The notes beneath the pieces were generated by a model. It did not search any database and was not told the origin of the DNA. It saw only the letters and a list, made by a program, of their open reading frames with translations. From Azolla caroliniana (Eukaryota; Plantae; Polypodiophyta), in the NCBI GenBank assembly GCA_043228905.1, contig JBHGNT010000464.1, forward strand, positions 1-23,859: a stretch of 23,859 nucleotides of DNA, written 5' to 3'. Made by a program: the position numbers and the translations under genes. Shown piece by piece: positions 1-9,158 of this stretch (position 1 is the stretch's first letter; every line of letters begins with the position of its first letter).

Positions 1-300
1 CGCGTTGACCCGTGGACGCACAGTGGTGATGCACTACCCGGGAGCCCAATATATTGGTTGGTGCGAGATATCAACTCATGACTTGCAATTTGGAAAAGTG
101 ACAATGCTTTGATCGCTTTCGGACCATTGTCCAGGTAACTAATAAATGCATCGCAGAATACCCTCGTGCTGTATGTTCCGTTCCGACACAGAGATACAAA
201 ACAAATAACAAGCCATGGTGTCTCCTTGAGCATTTTAAGACGGCATCTAAATCACAAAAACTTGTTCCGAAAGACGTGGGCAATCAAATACAGCTGAGTC

Positions 301-1857
301 CTAATTCGCAGTATCCGTTGGTACGTCATGCTTCTTCCTCCGCCTGATCTCAGCCAAACGATAGACACTCACGTCACGGCTCACTCGAGCCGCAAGAGCC
401 TTGACATCTGGGGCAGTATTGGTGCCGGGTCCTGTCATCTTCTCGCGCAGGGCCTCTACTCCGTCCGTCATCGCCTCACAGTCCCAGCATCCACATACTC
501 TGTACTCTTGGCCAAATCTAGTCTTCCACAAAGTTGTCGTCTCCCCATAGCCGTCACCGAGATCTTCCTTTCCGATGGTGTCGTCGTGGTTGACAAAGCG
601 CCCTACGCGTGTTTTCATGCTCGTAAAGTACAATTGACCCGAAAAGGTTTGATGAGTGTGCCAGGCAAGGTCAATGTCGAGGGTTGGGACGAGGCTGCTG
701 GTCGCCGGTGGTCGAGCATCAGTTAGGATGTTTTGAGGAGTCGGGGCTGGAGGTGTGACCAGAGCAAGCAGAGTCAAAAAGTTGTTGTACCGCAGAATCG
801 CGCGGCGCAGCGTACCACGCACAGCAGGGGATCGTATCCAGAGATGAGCATTCATCTTATCGACAAAGGAGGCCTGCCGGATGACTGCATCTTTGAGCAC
901 CTTGGCGAGTGCAACGTTTACGGTACAAAACTCCGTTGCGGTTTGACCCACGAATTTCTGAGGGATTGTTGTCGGTTTTGGTCTGGAGCCACGAGGTGGA
1001 CTGTCCAGTGTGAACTTCTTGAGGGGGATGGGTTTCCAGCTTTGTGCCATCTTGGCCATATCACTCGTGGCGAGCTCGGCCCAGCCCTCGAATGCAGCGT
1101 AGAGATCGGAGTGTAAACCGAGGCCATTCTCAAACTCGAAAGCATCAGAAACGGGGAGCTTAAAAGTCCAGGTCTCAGTGTCAATAGCCTTCTGGATGGC
1201 CTTCCATGGAAATCTCGTGCGATAAATGACGTGCTCTCCACATTCTTCTCTGAACGTTCGAGGGTTCAGGAGGAAAGCGTGCCAAACCATGAGAACGTCG
1301 AGAGGCGGTAAAGTCTCTATGCTGCAACCGCCTGGAGAAGAGTTGACGAATTTCCTCCCAGCTTGTTGAGAGAGCGACCTCTTCCACGCAAGGAATCTCA
1401 CGACCGCAAATTGAAGGTACACATCCCACTTGGCCTGCCGTCGTTCCCACCAGGTAGTATCTTTGAAAGTTTTTGTGTCGCCTTTCATGCCCGTCTTGGT
1501 CTCTTTCTTTGGCTCGAGCTCGAGCGACTTATCGACAGCAGTAGATACCAAGATCTGCTGCCGAAGAACGTAGAGAGTTTGAAGGAAGACGAGGTGGGTT
1601 GCGCATTCTGCGACGTTTGGAAGGCGATGACTGCCATGCGCCACAGAGTCGTTTGCAGTCACGGTAGATGCATTAGATACAGAGGGAGGCGACGAATTTG
1701 CCCTGGTAGGCGGTGGCTCGTCAAAGTCAAAGAGCGACGGAGAAGGTATCACGGGGAATCGCTTCACTTTGGTATTGTCGTTTGCGTAGTATGTCGTGAT
1801 GACATCGCGGCCAATTTTGTGGACAGACTCTTCGTGGATGTGCGAGAGGAGCGACAT
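301..1857 (-). CDS. DUF1399 / glycine-rich-domain-protein (GRDP)-like protein, 518 aa, intronless, lacking a Gly-rich tail
   Basis: Long ATG-initiated ORF. It has two copies of the family motif (LPPLDVLMVWHAFLLNP and LVPTLDIDLAWHTHQ), plus RQASFVDKM, RYNNFL, FVNHDD and CGCWDC. Confidence 0.85.
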   Translation of the reverse strand: MSLLSHIHEESVHKIGRDVITTYYANDNTKVKRFPVIPSPSLFDFDEPPPTRANSSPPSVSNASTVTANDSVAHGSHRLPNVAECATHLVFLQTLYVLRQQILVSTAVDKSLELEPKKETKTGMKGDTKTFKDTTWWERRQAKWDVYLQFAVVRFLAWKRSLSQQAGRKFVNSSPGGCSIETLPPLDVLMVWHAFLLNPRTFREECGEHVIYRTRFPWKAIQKAIDTETWTFKLPVSDAFEFENGLGLHSDLYAAFEGWAELATSDMAKMAQSWKPIPLKKFTLDSPPRGSRPKPTTIPQKFVGQTATEFCTVNVALAKVLKDAVIRQASFVDKMNAHLWIRSPAVRGTLRRAILRYNNFLTLLALVTPPAPTPQNILTDARPPATSSLVPTLDIDLAWHTHQTFSGQLYFTSMKTRVGRFVNHDDTIGKEDLGDGYGETTTLWKTRFGQEYRVCGCWDCEAMTDGVEALREKMTGPGTNTAPDVKALAARVSRDVSVYRLAEIRRRKKHDVPTDTAN

Positions 1858-2758
1858 GGTATCCAGTTGAACTTGGTGATCAGCCTTTCACAGGGCGCGT
1901 TGATAGACCTGATCTCATATCGAGTCGGTCAAAGACTCGGTCCATCGAGACAGGCTATAGGCTTGATTTTGGAAGCTTGCTGGTGTCACAACGTCCGGTT
2001 TGACGCCCTGGCGGCTATGCCATCTGTGGCTTGCTCTGAGAGCCTTAGCTGAGCCCTGTTGCATATGAATACCGGCAGGGTATTTGAGAGAGAACGATCG
2101 AGCCTTGGGGCAAGTCCTCAGCCATGACGATGAGAGCAACGATCTAGAAGAAAACACATCGCGACGCGAGACGCGTGACCGACATTACTGGTGTTGGATC
2201 CGCCAAAAGGGGCTTAACAGGATCGACTGAACTGCACAGCACAGCACAGCCCCTCCTCAGCTTTGTCGATCCTCGAGCTGAGAAGGTGATGAAGATCGTG
2301 TGGCAGCCTGCAGGTTTCAGCCCTTCAATCTGCAGCCTGCTGAGTACTGGGAGTGCGGCAGAATTCCGCGTCGCGTCGCGTGGATGCTTCATGCAACGAG
2401 GCTATCACTTTGCTGCAATAATAAGCGAAGGAAGGTGGTGCAGGGGTATGCAGTGCGATGCAATGCGCCTTCTTCCAGTTCATTTGTCGCTTCAGGGCTT
2501 CGCCTCCGCCACAATCGAGCTGCTTTTGGATGATGAGATACGCATACATACAACGCGTGCGGCATTGCAGACAGCCTAATCGAGTCAACTTGTTTACACA
2601 CGCATCTCAACTGTCCAGTGATTCATCCAAAATGATCCCGTTCTAACCTGTTGCCGGCTCATCGCTTGTCCTCATCGCTTCAACAACAAATGCTCGAGCT
2701 GCACTAGGAAGCCAGACTACCTGACACTAGATCCCAAGGCAGCTGCACTACTTTTACG

Positions 2759-4363
2759 ATGGCGATCAAAGAGACGGTCGATGACAATGCTGCTGGTGCT
2801 TTTGGCACCTTCTATGCGTTTACTGTGGTCGTCCTGATTTGTAGCTTCATCGTACGGAGTGCTCTTGGGTACCAGGTCTCGCGGATAACCGGTATGATCT
2901 GCTTTGGCATTCACGCTGGTTTGTCACTAGAGGCATTCGATGTATTCAGAAAGCACGGCGGCATGGATCGACCGCTGTTGCAGCAATTTGCCATCGCACA
3001 AGGTTTTGTGGGAATAGCGGTACGGACAAGGCCCCGGTGTTTTCAATGTGACTGCGCTGATCCTGCTGCCAGGGCGTATTTCTGTTCTTTTGGCAAATCG
3101 CGACGGCTATGTGCGGGAGTGTGTGTTTGGGTCGGAACAGCAAGCTCGCAGACTTGACGTGGAAAACAGCAAAAAAGACCCGCCTCTTCTTCTACTGCTT
3201 CGCCGTCGATCTCATCTTCATCGCTTTCCTCATAGCAGGCCTGGCGTTGAGCCTGCAACATGTCCCTCACGGCTACGCTGGCTGTCGAAAAGCCAGACTT
3301 GGCGGCACTATGGTAGCCAGAATCGGTTGGTTAAGTCGTGTGACTCCAAAGAGGATGTGCCATCGACTGGTCACCGTGCAGATCACCGGGATCATGTTGG
3401 TGTGAGTACAGACCCGCGTTGGTTTCATGATCAATGCGCTGATGAGGCATAGCATACTCTTGTTCTTACAAGTCGCCCTGATCATCCCTATCATGGATTG
3501 GCCCCGCACCGTACGATATGCCCTCTTTATGATTTTCAGGGGTCCTCGAAAGGCCGATCGCTGGGATCATCATATCATGGAGAAAGACGACATTGAGTGC
3601 CAAGTCCTGCTTCCAAATCGAAGAGCGAACGGCATGGCTGAAACAGAGGTTGGCATACGTAAGGCTTTTGCGAACGAGGAAGTTGCTGGGAGGATTGCAG
3701 GACACTTGCACTTGGTTGACATTGACAACGTTGCGTACACGTCCCGCACGCTCTGGAAAATCATCAACGAAAAGCAGTCTTCGTCGAGGTCAAGTCGAAA
3801 AGACTTGTTCTGCGAAAAGGCTTGCGGAGGCCAGACAAAGACTGAATGTTGGGCCTGCACAAGGCTCGTTTGCGCCGTGAGATTTCTCGTCCCCCCTAGT
3901 TCCGTGTTTGGTCCTGTATTATCTAACCCAAAACTCGCAGGGCTGCGCAAAATGCATGCAAGGGGGCGTCCTCATACCCCGGACGGAGACGCACGCCCAA
4001 AATTGCTTCGCTGTGTGCACCAAGTGCTACCTGCTACGAGCTCCGGCAATGGCCGCTCCATGGGCAGCCGTCCGAGACCCTTCCGACATGTCGGTTCAAC
4101 ACCCCGATCACTGCCAGCATTGCCTCAGGAAGAATATGAACGTCCCTGTCCTGGTGTGCCGCAAATGTGCCCAACTGAAGCCGGAAGACATGTCCCGAGT
4201 ACGCGAGCTGCGCGAACTCCGAGCAATGAAGAAAATGGACGCCATGGGTGGGCGTTTGTGGTGCGCGGGATGCCAGAAGAGTTTGCGAAAGGGAAGGCGA
4301 AGATGGTTTATCTGTGAGCATGGCGAGCACGAATGCCACTGGGAAGGGCATCATGAGGTTTGA
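2759..4363 (+). CDS. Hypothetical membrane protein, 4 exons (2759-3019, 3073-3401, 3453-3876, 3941-4363), ~478 aa: N-terminal TM helices, F-box-like segment, Cys-rich C-terminus
   Basis: Introns 3020-3072 (GTACGG..GCTGAT..CAG), 3402-3452 (GTGAGT..GCTGAT..TAG) and 3877-3940 (GTGAGA..CTAAC..CAG) join four ORF-track fragments in frame (1437 nt). Hydrophobic N-half. FANEEVAGRIAGHLHLVDIDNVAYTSRTLW is F-box-like. Many CxxC pairs follow (CWAC, CAGCAKC, CTKC, CQHC, CRKC, CAGC). Confidence 0.8.
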
Positions 4364-5371
4364 TCTACTTTTATCCCGAGCCTTGTCCTTGACTCGTGTA
4401 TACAGCCTGAATACGACTTTTTTTCGCTAAGCGATAGCATCAAGTCTTATGCCATCACAGCATCGTCGGTCAAGAGGGAGCATAACGCCGCTCCAACCTT
4501 GCGGGCTCTAGAATAAGGCCGATGAGACGATGTCCCACGTTTCACCTAGTGATAGGCGGGAAACTCAATTCTCCACTATGATCCCCCTGACAAGGTAAGG
4601 CTGATGATTCCTGGACCGGGGCCAGTCAGGATTGTCTAAATAAACATAGCCGTCTGTCCCAGACTTTGCTAGGCTTCCAGGGATCCCAGCGCCCAGGGGA
4701 TTGTGTACAAGCAGAACGCCAGAGGCACAGTCATGGAACCTCTATGGCGTCGTGGAGAGACAAGTCGACAGATACGATCCCCGGGTCGAGGGGATGGGAA
4801 ACACCCACCATCTTTGTTCTTCACCTCTTTTTTTTTCCCTTTCCTTTTTCCCTTTCTAGCAAGCGAAGTGATTGATCGTGAAGCCATCACTATTGGCGCA
4901 GTCAAGAGACAGGTTGAAGGGGGGGGGGATGGTTGGGGACCCTGGTCCTCGGATCCATGCAACTGTCCTACAGTCGGCGAAGAGGCTATGCGTGCTGAAT
5001 AAAGGCTCATTTCATCTCGCAACGTGCCGTGGCTGATACGACAGGTTCCAATTTCGAGTGAGCATCGACCCTGCCGGGTGTGAACGGGGCCCTTCTATTG
5101 ATCGTGACATGGGGTCGAATCCTAGGTTAAAAGGGACGTCCAGCCTGGGAAAGCTGCGCGAAGTCGACCAAAATTGCATTTTCCTCACATCTCATATCTC
5201 GGCGGCTTGTTTTTACGGTTGAAATAGCGACTTGAACCATTCTTGACGACACCCTACAACGATTTCACGCGCGACAACTTGACGATTCGACCCGCAGGTC
5301 GTTTGATTTCTACAGGCACCCGTGACCAACAATCAATAACAAAGAAAGACAAAACATTAGAGCACAACACC

Positions 5372-6131
5372 ATGGCAATCTCTGAGATCCGCCCCGTCGC
5401 GGAGGAGCACCCGCTGCTCAAGCGCGTCATTATCCCGTGGTACACCATCCGGATTGTCGTCCTCACTTTGTGGATCACCTCTCTCATCATGGCCATCGTG
5501 TGGGTTGAGAATCAGCGCGAGCAGCCTCTGGCGCTCGAGCTCGAGTACGGGACGCGTGATCCCTTTGACGTTACTGTCAGGCTCGTGGTGTTCCTGGTCA
5601 TCACCGTCTGCTGTTGGGTCCTGGACGTGGTCACGCTGATCAAGCGTGTGAGGAGAAGGCTGGGCCACCGCTTCTTCCTCATCGTCAACGTGATCCAGTC
5701 GACCATCTGGACGGCAATGTTCATCTTGATGATGCGCGGGGCCAGGACGACGGCGCAGTTTATTGTCGGCATCGCCATCTAGTGAGACGAACCCTGCTCT
5801 GTGTCGCGTATTGTTTTTGACGCGAAAACTGACACAAGGTCGCAGTACCAGCTTTATCAGCGTCCTCGCCTACGCGAGTGTCGCCTTCCACAAGTTTCGG
5901 ATGGCGAGCAAGTACAAGACGATCACCCCCAGCGAGAACACGACGCAGACCTATTTTGGCGGAGTGCCAGATGCGCAGTACAAGACGCAAGACGCTCAGG
6001 AGATGGGGGATATGAGGTTCGAGTCGTACCGCTCATATCAGGGATCTCAAGGGATTCAGGAAGTAGAGGCCTGTGAGGTGCAGAAGCCTGGTCCTGCTGC
6101 CAACGGCGTGACGAACGACTACCGTCATTAA
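5372..6131 (+). CDS. Small 4-TM (MARVEL-like) fungal membrane protein, 2 exons (5372-5781, 5846-6131), ~231 aa
   Basis: ATG in ACCATGG context at 5372. Intron 5782-5845 (GTGAGA..ACTGAC..CAG) removes the apparent TAG and gives ...IVGIAIYTSFISVLAYASVAFHKFR. Four hydrophobic segments and a polar C-tail. Confidence 0.8.
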
Positions 6132-6323
6132 AGGCAATATCACCGCTTCCAGGTATAAAGAGCATGAGAATTCAGCGTTCATAATCGTCAATGTTTAGCG
6201 TTTCAATACATCTCAACCGTTAGCTGCCCTGCTATCGCATGGTGTGCTTCAATGCGCCTCTTACCCCTGATCGACCACACATGGTTCTACTAATTTGATA
6301 ACAAAGAAGAGACTGATGAAGCA

Positions 6324-6491
6324 TCATCCACCACCACATCCACCGCATGATGAGCAACCCGCATCACCACCGCTTCCACAAGACGATACGCAGCCCGAAC
6401 CGCAACTGTCTTGACCGGACGAGCACCCAGCCGCGCAACCAGTCGCGTAGGCACCGCAAACAAAGCCGCCGCAACCACCACCACCGCCTCC
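6324..6491 (-). repeat. Low-complexity coding tract: 55-aa Gly/Cys/Ser tail with 10 Cys
   Basis: Translation GGGGGGCGGFVCGAYATGCAAGCSSGQDSCGSGCVSSCGSGGDAGCSSCGGCGGG*; seen as CCA/CCG-rich repeats on the + strand. Confidence 0.9.
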
Positions 6492-9158
6492 GCTATCCGA
6501 ACGGCGATCGCCGACGTCCTTTCTAGTAGCCTTCCAGTCTCTCAGCGCTTCGTATGCCTTGATGCGCTGCGGCCTGGTGAGGTGCGACCACTCGGCGACA
6601 AAGTACTGGTGGAACGCCCCCCTTTCAAAGTGGTGGGAGAAGGGCTGGGCGCGGTGGATGCCGCCGAGCTTGAGGCGGTCCTGCGTGTCGTCGTCTTGGG
6701 CGGAGAGCCAGAGGGTGGACTCGCGGAAGGCTGAGCAGCGTGACATGGCGACGGCGGCGCGGAGGAGGACGTCTTGCCCGAGGAGGACGGTGAGCCGGTT
6801 CTGGAACCAAGCCTGATCGGTCATGAGGCCGCTGGGTCTAGCTGCCGAAGCTGGCTTCTCAGTGGCATTGCTTGCCGAGCTTGGATCAAGTCTAGATACG
6901 AATGCCTCACGGGGGTACAGCTGCCGGCCGCGAGAGAGGTGCAGAGAGATGAGAGACCAGGAATCAAAGGGAAACGCCCATACGTGCTTGGAGATGTTGC
7001 AGTCGCTGCACTTGACCGGGTACCGGTTGAACGCCTCAGTGCAGTCCCATGGGAAGACGTCTTGGTAGGGATAGATGCAGTACTCTGACAGGCTGTCGAT
7101 GATGTCGGATTCGTCGTGCCTACCGTAACGAAACTTGAGAAGGTACTCTTCCGTGAGTCCATTGGGGACGTCGAATTTCGATCGAGCCCGGGCTTTCACG
7201 TAGGCGCCAGGGCGGCATACAAAGCTCATGAGGTACAAAGGGTTGGGCAGGGGACGCTGCGTGGCATAGTCCATGGGTCGATCAATGGCAAAGAGCGTAC
7301 TGAACAAGTTCTTGTCGATTAAGCTGTCGCAAAAAGTCTGGCAGTTGTTGGAATGGAACGTCCAGTGGAGGTCGACCTCGGGATCAACCAAGCGAGTGGC
7401 TATGCTGGCAATGTATGCTTCAATCCGCAAGCCGAGATAGCCCTTCATCCTTTCTAGTAGTCTACGAGTCGCCAAGTGAAGTATTGTTGCTTCTTCTAAA
7501 GCACTGACACTGTCCTTGATGAGTCGCTGGCTCTCAACCAAGGCAGCTTCGACTATTTCGTCTTCGAGATTCTCTGAGAAAAGGCCGGAGAAGGCACCGC
7601 CTACGACCTGCTTCATCATCGCCTTGTATCGCTTTGGTGCTCTCGGCCGTCTTTGCGAGTACACGCGACGTTCATCTTTGCCACACAAGAGGAGACTGTG
7701 CTCGATCTCGTCGTCCTCATCACGCAGAACTTGCAGATGGGGAGGGTCGCGGCTCGTGATGAGAACGCCGCCGTGAGTATTGGCCACCCCGTTCTCGATG
7801 ACGAGGGGCCCGATACGTAGAGCCATGTGGACGTTGCCATACGGATACTTGTTGGTGATGGGCTTGAGGTAAATCGGGATGTTTTCCGGTGACTTTTCCG
7901 TGTATCCGTACGACTTGCCGTACTCGGCCACACTCGACTGCGCTGTGTTGACGAAGCGAGTCAAACCCGTCCGCGGCGGCCGTTCTTTATCCTTGTGGTC
8001 GTATTTGGCATCGCCGACATCAAATCTCCTCGCCATGCGTACTGCTCGTTTGAGCTCATCGTCAAGCGTGACAGCCTTATCCATCTTTGTCCGCGTTCCT
8101 GCGTACTTGGCCTCGGCCACCATATCGGGGAGATCGTACAGCCCGCATCTGAGTTTACCATACCCGCCAGCGAGGTGCTTTTTGCCGTCCTTTTCGGCGT
8201 CGATAGGCCAGAGCTTCCGCAGGGAACCATTCGTGTCTCGTCGCGTGACAGGTGGGCAGTGGCAGAGCCTCTTGGAGACATCTGGCGGGACGTCACGGTG
8301 CAGGCAGGACTCTTTGTATCGCTTCGTGAAATCGTTGGAACCAAAGTGGCGCTGCCGGTAGCAGCCCTCGCACACGGTAATGGTTGCGTCCTGGACGTGG
8401 AAGAAGGTCGCTCCACGGATCACATCTTCGCACTCGACACAGAGACGGGGCTCAAACACAGGGACCGTGTTGTCGTTCATAAACTTTTGAACCATCTGCG
8501 GTGGCGCCGGTCGTTTCCAGAACCCAACGAGCTTCTCCGGCTCGCGGTACTCGATGATCTTGTCAATGTCCAGAAACTGACTGGACTGCAACAGCATCCG
8601 CGCCCGCCGAAACAGGTTGGCGGATGTTGAACGGGTCTCGTCGCCGAAACCGAGCGCATCTCGAATCTGAATCTTGATGTCTGAGCTCTGCAGGTCGTTC
8701 AAGACATCCCAGCCGCGATCCTCGAGTGCCTCGGCGTATGATGGAGGGGCAGCTGAGCTTGTCGCCGCTGCCTCTCTCCTCGGCGCCGAGTCGTATCCCG
8801 CCTCGGGGTTTCTCCCGGAGCGGTTGATCGCCGCGTCATTGCGATCGGAGAATTGACGGGAGCTGTGGGAGACTTGATCGAGAAACGTGTCGTAGCCGTG
8901 AATGAAGCCATCTCTCTCGTCAGGGAGCCAAGTGTCGGCAAATTCCGGCTGGGATTGCCACCGCTTGAGAGTGAGCAGGATATGGGGCAATTCGCGAGCA
9001 ACACCAGCCCAGTACATGCTCAGCATCTCCTGCTCGAGATGCTCGACGGCGGGACCGATCTCATGACGCTCGATCTTGGGCGCATCTGTGAGGTGGGATC
9101 CACAGGAGGGCTGGACAGCGGCGTCGGCCGCAGAGTGAAAAAATGAGGCCAAGCCCAT
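6324..9158 (-). CDS. Large hypothetical protein, ~944 aa, intronless: ZZ-like zinc finger, possible permuted papain-like (PPPDE/LRAT-type) His/Cys motifs, C-terminal Cys/Gly-rich tail
   Basis: Uninterrupted 2.8-kb ORF. First ATG is at 9158 (AACATGG); the track start at 9221 is TTG. Motifs: CVECEDVIRG...VCEGCYRQRH, HMALRIGPLVIENG, HWTFHSNNCQTFCDSL, and the ending ...CSSCGGCGGG. Confidence 0.85.
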   Translation of the reverse strand: MGLASFFHSAADAAVQPSCGSHLTDAPKIERHEIGPAVEHLEQEMLSMYWAGVARELPHILLTLKRWQSQPEFADTWLPDERDGFIHGYDTFLDQVSHSSRQFSDRNDAAINRSGRNPEAGYDSAPRREAAATSSAAPPSYAEALEDRGWDVLNDLQSSDIKIQIRDALGFGDETRSTSANLFRRARMLLQSSQFLDIDKIIEYREPEKLVGFWKRPAPPQMVQKFMNDNTVPVFEPRLCVECEDVIRGATFFHVQDATITVCEGCYRQRHFGSNDFTKRYKESCLHRDVPPDVSKRLCHCPPVTRRDTNGSLRKLWPIDAEKDGKKHLAGGYGKLRCGLYDLPDMVAEAKYAGTRTKMDKAVTLDDELKRAVRMARRFDVGDAKYDHKDKERPPRTGLTRFVNTAQSSVAEYGKSYGYTEKSPENIPIYLKPITNKYPYGNVHMALRIGPLVIENGVANTHGGVLITSRDPPHLQVLRDEDDEIEHSLLLCGKDERRVYSQRRPRAPKRYKAMMKQVVGGAFSGLFSENLEDEIVEAALVESQRLIKDSVSALEEATILHLATRRLLERMKGYLGLRIEAYIASIATRLVDPEVDLHWTFHSNNCQTFCDSLIDKNLFSTLFAIDRPMDYATQRPLPNPLYLMSFVCRPGAYVKARARSKFDVPNGLTEEYLLKFRYGRHDESDIIDSLSEYCIYPYQDVFPWDCTEAFNRYPVKCSDCNISKHVWAFPFDSWSLISLHLSRGRQLYPREAFVSRLDPSSASNATEKPASAARPSGLMTDQAWFQNRLTVLLGQDVLLRAAVAMSRCSAFRESTLWLSAQDDDTQDRLKLGGIHRAQPFSHHFERGAFHQYFVAEWSHLTRPQRIKAYEALRDWKATRKDVGDRRSDSGGGGGGCGGFVCGAYATGCAAGCSSGQDSCGSGCVSSCGSGGDAGCSSCGGCGGG

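Noticed and set aside
1-112. Open frames at the window edge (RVDPWTHSGDALPGSPIYWLVRDINS* and an alternative frame) as the 3' end of an upstream gene
   Set aside because: Too short, two frames equally open, and no recognisable motif; cannot be supported.
1363-2052. 229-aa + strand ORF and other long antisense ORFs (7995-8630, 12192-12779, 14034-14855)
   Set aside because: Shadows of real genes on the opposite strand in GC-rich coding DNA; no motifs.
4827-4928. Poly-T/pyrimidine tract and G10 run between genes
   Set aside because: Ordinary low-complexity intergenic sequence; the overlapping short ORFs are composition artefacts.
5105-5125. GGGTCGAATCC resembling a tRNA T-loop/B-box
   Set aside because: Loop is GTCGAAT not TTCGAAT, the stem is weak, and no acceptor, D or anticodon arms can be folded.
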